A program made the translations under genes and the position numbers. The notes under the pieces were generated by a model. It saw only the letters and a program-made list of their open reading frames with translations, searched no databases and was not told where the DNA came from. A stretch of DNA of 64,000 bases from Alphaproteobacteria bacterium. GTDB lineage: Bacteria > Pseudomonadota > Alphaproteobacteria > GCA-2731375. Positions 1 to 9,689 of the stretch are shown piece by piece; the first letter of the stretch is position 1; each line of letters begins with the position of its first letter. The stretch spans positions 288,001 through 352,000 of the forward strand of contig CBDDBZ010000037.1 of the NCBI GenBank assembly GCA_965225945.1, written 5' to 3'.

Positions 1-642
1 CAGCTTGTCCGTGATGTGCCAACCCGCCTGATCGAGGAGCAGGAGGGCATGCGCGCGCGCGCCTACCCGGGAGGAGATCTCCTCCAGATGCGCTGCATCG
101 CAGTGGGGGAGCACGAGGGCGGCGCCGACGCCGCGTTCGGGACAGATGGCGCCGAAGATATAGGCTGATTTGGTGCGCTGGTCATGCGGTGCGCGGGGCC
201 GGGTTCCGCGCCGCGCCCAGCGCCGAGTGATCTTGTTCTTCTGGCCGACACGGGCTTCGTCCTGCCACCAGATTTCTATCTCGGTGCCGGCGGGCAGGCG
301 CCGGCCCGGCGGGGAATTTTTTTTAAAATCCTCGATGGCCCTCCTCCTGGGCATGGTGGCGCGGACGCGCCGTCATCCGTGAAGCCCATCGCCTTCAATT
401 CCCGGACCGTGGTCTCGTCGAGCGAGAGGAACATATCCCGGATCCAGCCCGCCAGATCCTTCAGCCGCCAGCGCACCACGCCGTCGACCGCCGGGTTCGG
501 CCCCGCATCGACGCGTGCCCCCAGCGCCTGGCGGTGCATCGTCGAGCTTCGCCACCGCACCCGCCTTGCGATCGAGCAACACCCAATCTCGGATCACCTG
601 AATGGCCGGTCCGTGCCGCATCCGTCCGCCGCCCACCGTCAT
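1..642 (-). pseudogene. Degenerate IS630-family transposase fragment
   Basis: Reverse complement matches the IS630 at 28095-29266 (VVRWRLKDLAGWIRDMF; slippery TTTTTTTTAAAA at 317-328) but has many small deletions and lacks the 5' end. Confidence 0.9.
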
Positions 643-900
643 TGTTCGGGGAGGAGCGCCGGCGCTTGAAGATCATCCCCAACGCCTTCGGCGAAAAGGC
701 GGTACTGAAGCTCATGTTCGGTGCCATGAGCCGCGCCGCCGAGCGATGGAAAGCAGTCAAGGTCACCGTCTTCGAGCGGCGCCAGATGGACGCCGTCAGG
801 AAGGAACTCGATCAGGAATACCAAGCCCAGCTGGAACTACCAGAACAGGCCTCGACGGAGGCAACCCCGGAGAAAATTCCCAGCAGAATCCGGACTTGAC
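643..900 (+). mobile_element. IS256-family transposase C-terminal fragment and right end
   Basis: LFGEERRRLKIIPNAFGEKAVLKLMFGAMSRAAERW...PSRIRT* resembles an IS256 C-terminus; fused directly to the IS630 remnant; its end truncates the permease. Confidence 0.75.
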
Positions 901-1567
901 CTCGGCTCGAAGCACCGAGGCGACGTTTTGCCGTTCTATAGGGCACGAACACGATATCGTCCTGGTCCCTGCCGGATCCCGACTGTCCCTTGGGTGAAAG
1001 GAGACCGATCACCTTCACCGGCGTGTTGAGAATACGCACCTCGCGACCGATGGGATCGGCACCGGCGAACAGGCGTTCGGCGACCGTCGCGCCGATCAAC
1101 GCGACCTTGCGGGCACCGGTCTCGTCGCGCCGGGAAAAGCCACGACCCGAGGCGAGCGGCCAGTCCCGGATGAAGAAATAGCCCGCCGTCGTTCCGTTGA
1201 TGCGGCTGGGCCAGTTCCGGTTGCCGTGGATCACGCGGGCGCGCAGTTGGAGCGAGGGCGCGGCCGCGATCACCGCGGGGAGGGTCGCGGCCACGACCTC
1301 GGCGTCCGCGACCGTCAGGGTCACCGGCCGCGCGCGTTCGCCCCCTGGCCCGAGCGCACCGCGTTCCGCGCCGGGCAGGATCATCAAGACGTTGGCGCCG
1401 AGCGATCGGATCTGTTCCGCGATTCGTGCCTGGGCGCCGGCGCCGACCGAGAGCATCGTGATCAGCGCGCCGACGCCGATGACGATGCTCAGCACGGCCA
1501 GGAGACTTCTGAGCCGGTTCGCGCGAATCGAGCGGACGGCATCGTGCAGGTTCTGCCAAGTCCTCAC
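901..1567 (-). pseudogene. MacB-type ABC transporter permease, 3'-truncated by IS256
   Basis: GTG overlaps the ATPase stop (GTGA); RANRLRSLLAVLSIVIGVGALITM and the periplasmic domain are present; C-terminal FtsX-type TMs are missing. Confidence 0.88.
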
Positions 1568-2271
1568 GCCACCGCCTCCAACCGACCGTCGGAGGTGATG
1601 GTGCCGTCGCTGAGTCGGATCACGCGGTCGGCCCAAGCGGCAACGCTCGGATCATGCGTTACCACTAGGACGGTACGGCCCTTGGCGCATTCCCCCCTCA
1701 GCAGACCCAGTATCTGGCCGCTCGTCGCGGTGTCCAACGCACCCGTCGGCTCGTCGGCGACGATCAGCTGGGGATCTCCGATCAGGGCCCTCGCGATGGC
1801 CACGCGTTGCTGCTCGCCGCCGGACAATTCGTTCGGGTATGCCTCGGCCCGCGACGACAGCCCCACGGCGGCGAGGGCGGCCTCGGCCCGACAACGGCGT
1901 TCCTTGCGCCGGACGCCGCGATAAATCAGCGGCAACTCCACGTTCCCGAGCCCGCTCCGGCGCGCCATGAGATGATAGGCCTGGAAGACGAAACCGATGT
2001 GATGGTTGCGCAATCTCGCCTGGGAATCGGCGGAAAGGGACGATGTGTCTCTACCCCGGAAGTAAAGGCTACCGCTGCTCGGGCGATCGAGCAGTCCGAT
2101 CAGATTCATCAGGCTGGTCTTGCCCGACCCCGAAGGCCCCATGACGGCGACGAACTCGCCGCCGGAGATCGTGAGAGAGGTTTCGCGAAGCGCGGTGACG
2201 GCGCCCTTGCCCTCGCCATAGCGCTTGGTTATGCCGATCGCCTCGATCGGCGCGTGGGAAAGGCGGGCCAT
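1564..2271 (-). CDS. ABC transporter ATP-binding protein (MacB/LolD-like)
   Basis: Walker A GPSGSGKT, LSGGEQQRVAIARAL, ADEPTG, VTHD. Confidence 0.95.
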   Translation of the reverse strand: MARLSHAPIEAIGITKRYGEGKGAVTALRETSLTISGGEFVAVMGPSGSGKTSLMNLIGLLDRPSSGSLYFRGRDTSSLSADSQARLRNHHIGFVFQAYHLMARRSGLGNVELPLIYRGVRRKERRCRAEAALAAVGLSSRAEAYPNELSGGEQQRVAIARALIGDPQLIVADEPTGALDTATSGQILGLLRGECAKGRTVLVVTHDPSVAAWADRVIRLSDGTITSDGRLEAVA

Positions 2272-3650
2272 CAGAAGCGAATTCCAAACAGACGCGACCC
2301 CCTCGCGGCCGGGAGCTCGCCGGTAATCACCTTTTCGCCTTCCGCCAGTTGCTCGTCGAGCACCGCCACGTCGCGCCCGTTGTCCGGCCCGAGACGCACA
2401 CGGCGCGGCTCCGGCCGGCCGTCACCGAGAACCCAGACGGTATGCTCGGCCTCGCCATCGGCGATGGATGGCTTGCGGTCCTCGATCGTCGTGCGGGCCG
2501 AAGGAGTGAAGCCGAGAGCCGCGAGGGGAATGATCGGCGCGGCATCGCTCTCCTGGATCGCGATGCGGACCGTCGCGGTCATGCCGGGGAGAAGCAGACC
2601 CTTCGGGTTCGACGCCTCCAGCACGACCGTATAGGCGACGACACCCGGAACGGTCACGGCCGCCTTGCGAATGTCGCCGACGCGAGCGGCAAAAGCGCGG
2701 CCGGCGAAGGCGTCCACGGAAAACGCCGCGCTCTGCCCGGTCGCGATCTTCGCGATGTCCGTCTCGTCGACGCTGGCGTGGATCACCAATTTCGATAGAT
2801 CCCCGGCAATGGTGAACAGCACGGGCGCATCGAGGCTCGCGGCGACCGTCTGGCCCTGCTCGACGTTTCGGCCGACCACGACCCCGTCGATCGGCGCGCG
2901 GATCGTGCTTCGCTCAACGTCGAGACGGGCAAGCGTCACGGCCGCCCGGCGCAGCGGCAGGGCGGCCTCGGCGTTCGCCAATTCGGCCTCCGCCTCGCGC
3001 CGACCGGCCCGAGTGGCGGCGATGACGTGCTCATGGGCCTCGGCGGTGGCCTTGGCCTCCCGCACCTCGGCACCCGCCGCGTCGCGGTCGGCACGTGTCT
3101 CCTCGAGCGTGGACTTCGAGGTCGTACCGCGCTTCGAGAGCTCGTCGATCCTCGCGTGCTTGTTGCTGGCGGCTTGCGAGCGAACGCGGGCTCGATCCAG
3201 TCGGGCGGCGAAAATTCGCCGCCGCACGAGGGATTCCTGCGCGACGCCCCGGGCCCTATCGAGCTTGGCCTCCAAGAGCGCCACGTTTTCACGCGCCATC
3301 GCCACCTCGGCCTCGGCCTGAACGAGGCGCGCGCGAAAACCTCTCTGGTCGAGTTCCGCCAGGGCCTGGCCGCTGGCGACGACGTCGTTGAAGTCCGCGT
3401 GCAGCCGGGCGACCTGTCCGGAGAGCTGCGAGCTCACCTCGACGGTGACGACGGCGCGGAGCGACCCCGTGGCGGTGATGGTCTGTCGGATCCACCCGGT
3501 CGTGACCGTCGCGGTTCGGTAGAGCTCGACCGGCTTCGACTCGAGCGCGTCCTCGACCGCGGCCACGACCCACGCGAACTCGTTGCCGCTCCACGCGCCG
3601 GCGCCGAATAGGGTCGTCGAGAACACCGCGATGAACACGAAGAGCTTCAT
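2271..3650 (-). CDS. Efflux periplasmic adaptor subunit (MacA/HlyD family)
   Basis: N-terminal hydrophobic segment MKLFVFIAVF; VEVSSQLSGQV, coiled coil, IRAPIDGVV, LLLPGMTA; start chosen at 3650. Confidence 0.92.
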   Translation of the reverse strand: MKLFVFIAVFSTTLFGAGAWSGNEFAWVVAAVEDALESKPVELYRTATVTTGWIRQTITATGSLRAVVTVEVSSQLSGQVARLHADFNDVVASGQALAELDQRGFRARLVQAEAEVAMARENVALLEAKLDRARGVAQESLVRRRIFAARLDRARVRSQAASNKHARIDELSKRGTTSKSTLEETRADRDAAGAEVREAKATAEAHEHVIAATRAGRREAEAELANAEAALPLRRAAVTLARLDVERSTIRAPIDGVVVGRNVEQGQTVAASLDAPVLFTIAGDLSKLVIHASVDETDIAKIATGQSAAFSVDAFAGRAFAARVGDIRKAAVTVPGVVAYTVVLEASNPKGLLLPGMTATVRIAIQESDAAPIIPLAALGFTPSARTTIEDRKPSIADGEAEHTVWVLGDGRPEPRRVRLGPDNGRDVAVLDEQLAEGEKVITGELPAARGSRLFGIRF

Positions 3651-3701
3651 GGCCGGGCCTTCCAGGACATGGTGCGCGCGGCGGGGCCGCGATTGCGTCA
3701 T

Positions 3702-4253
3702 TCAGGCATGGATCAGAGCCAGGCACCCGGTCGGGCTGGTGATCTTCCCGTGCCTGCTGCCAGCTGGCGAAAACTGGTAATCGCCGGCCTTTACCACCGT
3801 GTTGCCCACCACATATTCGCCCTCGATGACGAACGCATGCTCGTCTCGCGCATGTTTGTGGGCAGGGATCACGGCGCCCGGCTCGCACCGCAGCAGATAG
3901 ACGCTTTCGCCCGTCCGGTCGTCGCCGTACAGGATTTTCATCCAAACCTTGCCGCCAAACAGCACCTTCTTGACGACATTGTCGGCCAATTTAACCCACT
4001 CGCCCTCTTCCGCGCGAAGCGTGTCGATGGGCTCGCACGGCAGTTCGCCGATCCGCGCCTCGATGGAATCGAGCAAGCTTTCCGGCGGGTCGACCGGCGG
4101 CAGAAGAGTTGCGAGCGCCGACAGCACTTCGTCATCGCTTGGCGCGCCGTCGGCGAGATCGGGTCGCGTACCCGGCACATTGGGCGCCGGCGCTTCTTCG
4201 CGGCGGAACAGTCGTTCCAGATTGGATCGGGTGGTGGGGCGGGCGTCGGTCAT
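3702..4253 (-). CDS. Cupin-domain protein, ChrR-like anti-sigma factor
   Basis: ATGA overlap with the sigma stop; PPESLLDSIEARI helix followed by cupin motif LLRCEPGAVIPAHKH..E..V..G...GDY...GSRH. Confidence 0.8.
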   Translation of the reverse strand: MTDARPTTRSNLERLFRREEAPAPNVPGTRPDLADGAPSDDEVLSALATLLPPVDPPESLLDSIEARIGELPCEPIDTLRAEEGEWVKLADNVVKKVLFGGKVWMKILYGDDRTGESVYLLRCEPGAVIPAHKHARDEHAFVIEGEYVVGNTVVKAGDYQFSPAGSRHGKITSPTGCLALIHA

Positions 4254-4852
4254 TCCAGCGCCTCCTTCAAGGCGGCCAGACCACGTCGCACCCAACTCTT
4301 GGCGGTTCCGACGGGTATGTCCAAAACACAGGCGAGCTCCGAATGGGTGTAGCCGTGAAAATAAGTCAACATGAGGGCGCGCCTGAAATCGGGTCTGAGC
4401 TCGGCGAGCACGCGGCGCACCGCAATCGCCTCGGGAAGGGCATCGGCCACGTTCGACTCGTCGGCGATATCGGGAACCTCATCGGTGAAGGTGATGAAAC
4501 CGCGCGCCCGCTCGACCCTGAGGCGATCGATGGCGCGATTGCGCGCGATCGCCGCCATCCAGGCGAGCGGGTTGCCTTTCTCGGAATCGAAGGCATTCGC
4601 GTTCTTCCAAATCGAGATATAGACCTCCTGCGCCACTTCCTCCGCCATCTCCCGGTCCCGCAGAATCGCCATGACGACGCCGAACACGAAGCGCGCGCTC
4701 AGGTCGTAGAGCCGGCGAAACGCCGTCCGGTCGCCATTCGCGGAGGCCTCGATCAGTTCCGCGGAACGCCGCCGCTGTTCCGGTTCTCCCGTCCGGATGT
4801 CATCGCCTCCGTCACGTTCCGCACTCGGCGCCAGATGGTTCACGACAGTCAC
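4250..4852 (-). CDS. ECF RNA polymerase sigma factor
   Basis: GDRTAFRRLYD, AEEVAQEVYISIW, WMAAIARNRAIDRLR, GYTHSELA...PVGTAKSWVRRGL. Confidence 0.95.
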   Translation of the reverse strand: MTVVNHLAPSAERDGGDDIRTGEPEQRRRSAELIEASANGDRTAFRRLYDLSARFVFGVVMAILRDREMAEEVAQEVYISIWKNANAFDSEKGNPLAWMAAIARNRAIDRLRVERARGFITFTDEVPDIADESNVADALPEAIAVRRVLAELRPDFRRALMLTYFHGYTHSELACVLDIPVGTAKSWVRRGLAALKEALE

Positions 4853-4897
4853 GGATGTTTGCCCCGGCTAAATCGATTTCGCCCATTCACCAGCAAT

Positions 4898-4924
4898 TAC
4901 GGCACGCGGCGGGAAACGGATGCA
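4898..4924 (-). promoter_or_regulatory. Putative ECF promoter TGCATCC-N16-CGTA upstream of the sigma gene
   Basis: The same bipartite motif with a 16-nt spacer occurs at three gene starts in the cluster. Confidence 0.7.
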
Positions 4925-4994
4925 AGCTTCGGAAAATAATCATCGTGCCCCGACGTCGGCCACGACACGGTCCGGTTAGGGCCGTATCGATCGA

Positions 4995-5654
4995 TCATGA
5001 GCCGTCGCCGCCCACGGTCCCTCGCAAGACTACGGGGCCGGAGGGAACCTTCAAGATCGAGCCGCCCCGGGGCTCCTCGCTGAGCATCAACTCGTCACCC
5101 GCCCGCAGGGCTTGCGCGAGCGGCAGGATGGTCGTCCCACCCTTTGCGCTCAGTAGCCCCAGCGATCTCGGGACGGCCTCGTCTTCGGCCAGCAGCCACA
5201 ACTCGAGATCTCGATCCGCTCTCGCCGTGGGGCCACCATATTGCAGCCTGAGATATCGCCCGCCCTCCGATTTCCGCACGTGGAGCAGACGGGTCTCATC
5301 GGTTCCGGCCAGGATCGCCATCGCCGCCATCTCGCCGCTCTCCGGGGTGATCGGAAGCGCCATCGTCATCAAGAAGACGGACGCGGCTATCGCGGCTCCG
5401 AGAAGTCCGCCAAGCACCATTCGCCAACCCGCCCCAGCTCGGCCATGCGCCGTTCCCTCGGCGCGTCTGGCCTGTTCGATCTGATCGATAGAAGCCTCGA
5501 TCCCGGCAAGCAATCCCACCGGCGGCATGGCGCGCGGTAGGCCTTCGAGCAGGGGCACGAGGGGACCGAGATCGGGTGTGGCACGCCCCGACGCGCGCCC
5601 GAACGGGATGCGGTGCAAGCAGTCAAAGAGTCGGGTTTCACACCTGGAGTTCAT
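4995..5654 (-). CDS. Anti-sigma factor, RskA-like (one TM plus C-terminal domain); start uncertain
   Basis: PPVGLLAGIEASI, TM segment, DLELWLLAEDEAVPRSLGLL, LSEEPRGGS..PSGPVV; N-terminus atypical. Confidence 0.75.
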   Translation of the reverse strand: MNSRCETRLFDCLHRIPFGRASGRATPDLGPLVPLLEGLPRAMPPVGLLAGIEASIDQIEQARRAEGTAHGRAGAGWRMVLGGLLGAAIAASVFLMTMALPITPESGEMAAMAILAGTDETRLLHVRKSEGGRYLRLQYGGPTARADRDLELWLLAEDEAVPRSLGLLSAKGGTTILPLAQALRAGDELMLSEEPRGGSILKVPSGPVVLRGTVGGDGS

Positions 5655-5722
5655 CCCTAGGCTCCATGTACCAGGCATCGTCGGAGCAGAAGAATTTTCG
5701 GTTGGTTGGTCATGTAATTGTC

Positions 5723-5749
5723 TACGCATTGCGGCTTCGAAGAGTTGCA
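5723..5749 (-). promoter_or_regulatory. Putative ECF promoter TGCAACT-N16-CGTA upstream of the RskA-like gene
   Basis: Variant of the motif with identical spacing. Confidence 0.55.
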
Positions 5750-5847
5750 GCCCGACAACTGGTTTCCATTTCTCGTCCACGGCCCCAAGCATGCATCGAC
5801 GCCACGGTCCCACCGCGCGTCTCGTTCCGCGCCGGCACGCGGGGTAC

Positions 5848-5874
5848 TGCATCCGATCATCCGACCGCGACGTA
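5848..5874 (+). promoter_or_regulatory. Putative ECF promoter TGCATCC-N16-CGTA upstream of the hupE/ureJ gene
   Basis: Both boxes identical to the site at 4898-4924. Confidence 0.7.
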
Positions 5875-5907
5875 GCGTCAATGAGAACGAAGGGACGGGA
5901 GGCAAGC

Positions 5908-7071
5908 GTGGCTCATTTCATCGCGATCATCGATCGAGGCGCGCGACTGTCGTTGGTCGCGGCGATTCTGTCGTTGGTCGTCCCCTTGGTTCCCGTCGGC
6001 GGCGCCGAGGCACATGAGCTGCGCCCGGCGATCTTTTCCGTGACCATCGAGGAGGCGGGAAACGTCCGGCTGCGCGCCTCGATCAATCTGGAGGCGCAAA
6101 TCGCCGGCATCGGTTCGGAGCATTCCAACACCCGGGACTCGGACAGGGCCCCCATTTATGATCGATTGCGCGCCACCACCCCGGAGGCACTCCGCGAGGC
6201 ATTCCTGCCCCTGGCGCCGGGCCTGATCGCGGGCCTGAACCTGTCGTTCGACGACGAGCGGGTCGAGCTCGCGATCGAGCGGATCGACATCCCGGCGATC
6301 GGTGATCCCTCGATGGTACGCACGTCTCTTTTGACGCTGCGGGCGCGCGCGCCCTCGGGTGCCACGACGATGCGCTGGGCGGCCGATGCCCGCTTCGGCG
6401 CCAACGTCATACGCGCCGAGAAGGACGGCTCGGCCGAGCCGTCCTTCTCGGCTTTCCTGCGCCCCGGCGAAACCAGCGAGGCGATCCCGCTCGACGGCGC
6501 CGTGGCTGAAGCCAAGGGGACCGACTTCTTCCAGTACCTCTCGATCGGCTTCGAGCACATCGTGCCGAAGGGCCTCGACCACATCTTGTTCGTCGTCGGT
6601 CTGTTTCTCCTCAGTTCGCGTCCGCGGCCGCTGCTTTGGCAGGTGACGAGCTTCACCCTGGCGCACACGGTGAGTTTGGCGTTCGGCGTCTACGGTCTGA
6701 TCGCTATTCCCTCGGCGATCGTCGAGCCCCTGATCGCGGCATCGATCGCCTTCATCGCGGTCGAGAAACTCTTCACCGATCGGCTCCGGCGTTGGCGTCC
6801 GGCCGTCGTCTTCGCCTTCGGCCTGCTGCACGGACTGGGTTTCGCCGGGGTCTTGGCGGAGATCGGGCTGCCGCGCGATCAGTTTCTGGCCTCGCTCCTC
6901 GCCTTCAATCTCGGCGTCGAATTGGGCCAGATCGCCGTGCTCGCAACCTGCTTCCTGGCCGTCGGCCTATGGTTTCGACAACGCCACTGGTATCGCCGCG
7001 CGATCACGATGCCGGCCTCGATCATGATCGCCGTCGTCGCGTCGTTTTGGTTCGTCGAACGGATGGTCTGA
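5908..7071 (+). CDS. HupE/UreJ family membrane protein with an N-terminal periplasmic domain
   Basis: GGAGG then GTG; signal ending AEA-HE; GFEHIVPKGLDHILF, SFTLAHTV, FGLLHGLGFA, FNLGVELGQ. Confidence 0.9.
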   Translation: MAHFIAIIDRGARLSLVAAILSLVVPLVPVGGAEAHELRPAIFSVTIEEAGNVRLRASINLEAQIAGIGSEHSNTRDSDRAPIYDRLRATTPEALREAFLPLAPGLIAGLNLSFDDERVELAIERIDIPAIGDPSMVRTSLLTLRARAPSGATTMRWAADARFGANVIRAEKDGSAEPSFSAFLRPGETSEAIPLDGAVAEAKGTDFFQYLSIGFEHIVPKGLDHILFVVGLFLLSSRPRPLLWQVTSFTLAHTVSLAFGVYGLIAIPSAIVEPLIAASIAFIAVEKLFTDRLRRWRPAVVFAFGLLHGLGFAGVLAEIGLPRDQFLASLLAFNLGVELGQIAVLATCFLAVGLWFRQRHWYRRAITMPASIMIAVVASFWFVERMV

Positions 7072-7189
7072 TCGCATTCGAATTTCGCCGAAGTTCGGCG
7101 CGCGCCCGGTGGCATGCATCGCAACCGGCGTTTGAAGGCTCGAGGCTTCGTGCTTCGAGTCCCTGGCACGAATTGAGCAGGAGGTTTCG

Positions 7190-9193
7190 ATGTCGACGAA
7201 GCGTCATGACGCCAAGCGGCGTGGGTTCCCGACCGGCGCGATTTCCGTCCTCGCCATTGTGCTCTCATCGGGGTCATGGACGTCGATGTCGATCGCCGGA
7301 CCGCATCCGCTCGACCCGCTGTCGAGCCGAGAGATATCTGAGACCGTCGGCGTCATTGCGGCGACCGGCGACGTCGATCGCACCACTCGAGCCGCGATCA
7401 TCACGCTGAAGCAGCCGAACAAGGCGGACGTGCTCCGTTGGCGAGAAGGAGAGCGAGTGTCGCGCAAGGCTTTCGCCGTTCTCCGCGTCAAGGGAAAGAC
7501 CATCGAGACCGTCGTCGATCTGGCGACCAAGACACTCGAAAGCTGGTCCGTGATCGAAAACGCGCAGCCGCCGATCCTGAGCAGCGAATGGGCGCGGGCC
7601 CAAGCTCTGGTCAAGCAGGATGCGCGTTGGCGCGACGCCATGCGGGCGCGGGGCTATCAAAATTTCGACGATCTGTTTTGCGATTCCCTGTCGGCCGGGT
7701 ACTTCGGCTCGGCCGAAGAGCAGGGCCGGCGTCTGCTCAAGATGCCCTGCTACGACGTCTCGGGCGCCCGTACCAACATCTATGCCCGACCGATCGAAGG
7801 CGTCATCACGACGGTCGATCTCGACGCGGGGAGCGTCGTGCGCGTCGAGGACGAAGGCGTGGTGCCGGTCGGCGAGAGGCTGCACGAGTTCGGCGACCAG
7901 GCCGCCCGAGGGCTTTCCCCATCGCCCGACCACGTGGTGAGCCCGCCACCCGACGATTGGGCCCTGAGGCTCGACGGGCGCATCGTCTCCTGGCGGGACT
8001 GGTCGTTTCACCTGGGCTTCGACCAGCGCTTCGGCCCGATGCTTTCGCTGGTCAGACATCACCAGGGCGGCGAGGCGCGTTCCGTTCTCTATCAGGCCCA
8101 CGTCTCGGAAATATTCGTGCCCTACATGGAACCGTCCCCGGCCTGGTCCTTTCGGACTTACATGGACGCGGGCGAGTACGGGCTCGGGACCTTGTCGTCG
8201 AGCTTGAGGCCCGGCATCGACTGCCCGAGGAACGCGGTCTATTGGGACGCGACGCTCGCGACGCCGAGCGGGCGCGCGCGGCGGCGCCATTCCGTGATCT
8301 GCATCTTCGAGCGGAACCGCGACGAACCGCTCTGGCGTCATTCGGAGGCCTTCAACAAGGCCTACGCGGGGCGTCCGGCGAGGGAGTTGATCGTCCGCTC
8401 GATCCCGGCAATCGCCCATTACGACTACGTCATCGACTGGGTGTTCCAGCAAAGCGGTACGATCGAGATACGGATCGGCGCGACCGGCATCGACGCCGTG
8501 AAGGCGGCCACCGTGGCAAGCATGTCGGAACCCGGCGCGGCGGAAAATGCCATGCACGGATCGCTGGTCGCGCCGGGTCTCCTCGCCATCAGCCACGATC
8601 ACTATTTCTCGATCCGCCTCGATTTCGACATCGACGGCCCAGTCAATCGCTTCGCGCGGCAACGGCTGGCGCGAGTGACGCTGCCCCGCGATAACCCTCG
8701 GCGCAGCATTTGGCGCCTCCAGGACGACCCCATGCGGATCGAGGGGGCCGTTCCCAATGGGCGTGGGCCACAGGTTTGGCGCATCGAGAATCCGTCCGTC
8801 ACGACGAAACTCGGTCACCACCCGAGCTATCAGATCCAGGGGCAGGGTCCGACCTCGCTACTGGCGCCAAGCGACTGGCCGCAGAGGCGCGCCGCCTTTT
8901 CCGCCAGCAATCTCTGGATCACCGCGCGTCGGGAGGGTGAACTTCATGCGGCCGGTCCTTACCCGAACCAATCGCTGGGTGGCGAAGGTTTGCCGTCCTA
9001 TGCGAATGGGGAGTCCATCGAGGAGACCGATCTGGTGGCCTGGTACACGATGGGTTTCCACCATGTAACGAGGCCCGAGGATTGGCCGGTCCTCTCGACA
9101 GTCTGGCGGACCGTAACGCTGAGACCATTTGGTTTCTTCACGAGGAATCCGAGCCTGGACATTTCGGCGCGACCCCGACGTGACCCGAGCTGA
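7190..9193 (+). CDS. tynA: Copper-containing (TPQ) primary amine oxidase family protein
   Basis: GGAGG RBS; HPLDPLS, catalytic-base region YMDAGEYG, HYDY (TPQ Tyr), HDH and GFHH copper ligands, RPEDWPV. Confidence 0.88.
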   Translation: MSTKRHDAKRRGFPTGAISVLAIVLSSGSWTSMSIAGPHPLDPLSSREISETVGVIAATGDVDRTTRAAIITLKQPNKADVLRWREGERVSRKAFAVLRVKGKTIETVVDLATKTLESWSVIENAQPPILSSEWARAQALVKQDARWRDAMRARGYQNFDDLFCDSLSAGYFGSAEEQGRRLLKMPCYDVSGARTNIYARPIEGVITTVDLDAGSVVRVEDEGVVPVGERLHEFGDQAARGLSPSPDHVVSPPPDDWALRLDGRIVSWRDWSFHLGFDQRFGPMLSLVRHHQGGEARSVLYQAHVSEIFVPYMEPSPAWSFRTYMDAGEYGLGTLSSSLRPGIDCPRNAVYWDATLATPSGRARRRHSVICIFERNRDEPLWRHSEAFNKAYAGRPARELIVRSIPAIAHYDYVIDWVFQQSGTIEIRIGATGIDAVKAATVASMSEPGAAENAMHGSLVAPGLLAISHDHYFSIRLDFDIDGPVNRFARQRLARVTLPRDNPRRSIWRLQDDPMRIEGAVPNGRGPQVWRIENPSVTTKLGHHPSYQIQGQGPTSLLAPSDWPQRRAAFSASNLWITARREGELHAAGPYPNQSLGGEGLPSYANGESIEETDLVAWYTMGFHHVTRPEDWPVLSTVWRTVTLRPFGFFTRNPSLDISARPRRDPS

Positions 9194-9248
9194 CGCCACT
9201 CTCCTATTGGCTTTGGAAGATGGGGCGCCGAGAGGCGCCACGGATGCC

Positions 9249-9545
9249 ATGCTGGTACGGTTCTGGGGAACACGCGGCTCCATCGCCAAGGCCGGCGAGG
9301 CGGCCGGGGCCACGGACTGGCTCACGCGGCCCTTCAGTCTTCAATACGCGCGCACCCGCATCCGAGCCTGGTTGCTGCGCGCGCGGTGCCGCTGGAAGAA
9401 GCCGCCTATCTCGGCCAACGATGCAAGCCGGATCGAGGCGCCATCCGCACTCGACGTCCTCGATAGCGAGGCGGAGGACCGATTCGATCGCCACACGCGC
9501 ATCGCGGCCATGGCATTGGAGGCGCCGTTCGCCCTGGTCGGCTGA
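9249..9545 (+). pseudogene. Internally deleted MBL-fold/receiver/GAF gene remnant
   Basis: MLVRFWGTRGSIAKAG (MBL start) joined directly to AGATDWLTRPFS (receiver end) and LDVLDSEAEDRFDRHTRIAA (GAF start). Confidence 0.65.
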
Positions 9546-9689
9546 TCGACCATGATCGCCAATAGCATGGTACACGCCGGGTCGAGCTATAGCCGAATCT
9601 TGGCGACGGGGTGATGCAGACGCGGCCTTCGACTTCTTCATCCAGGCCTACGGCCTGGCTTGTGTAGCGTGAGGTCTGGAAATTTGGCT

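Noticed and set aside
7110-7155. Fourth ECF promoter before the amine oxidase
   Set aside because: TGCATC and GCAACC are present but there is no CGTA at 16-nt spacing
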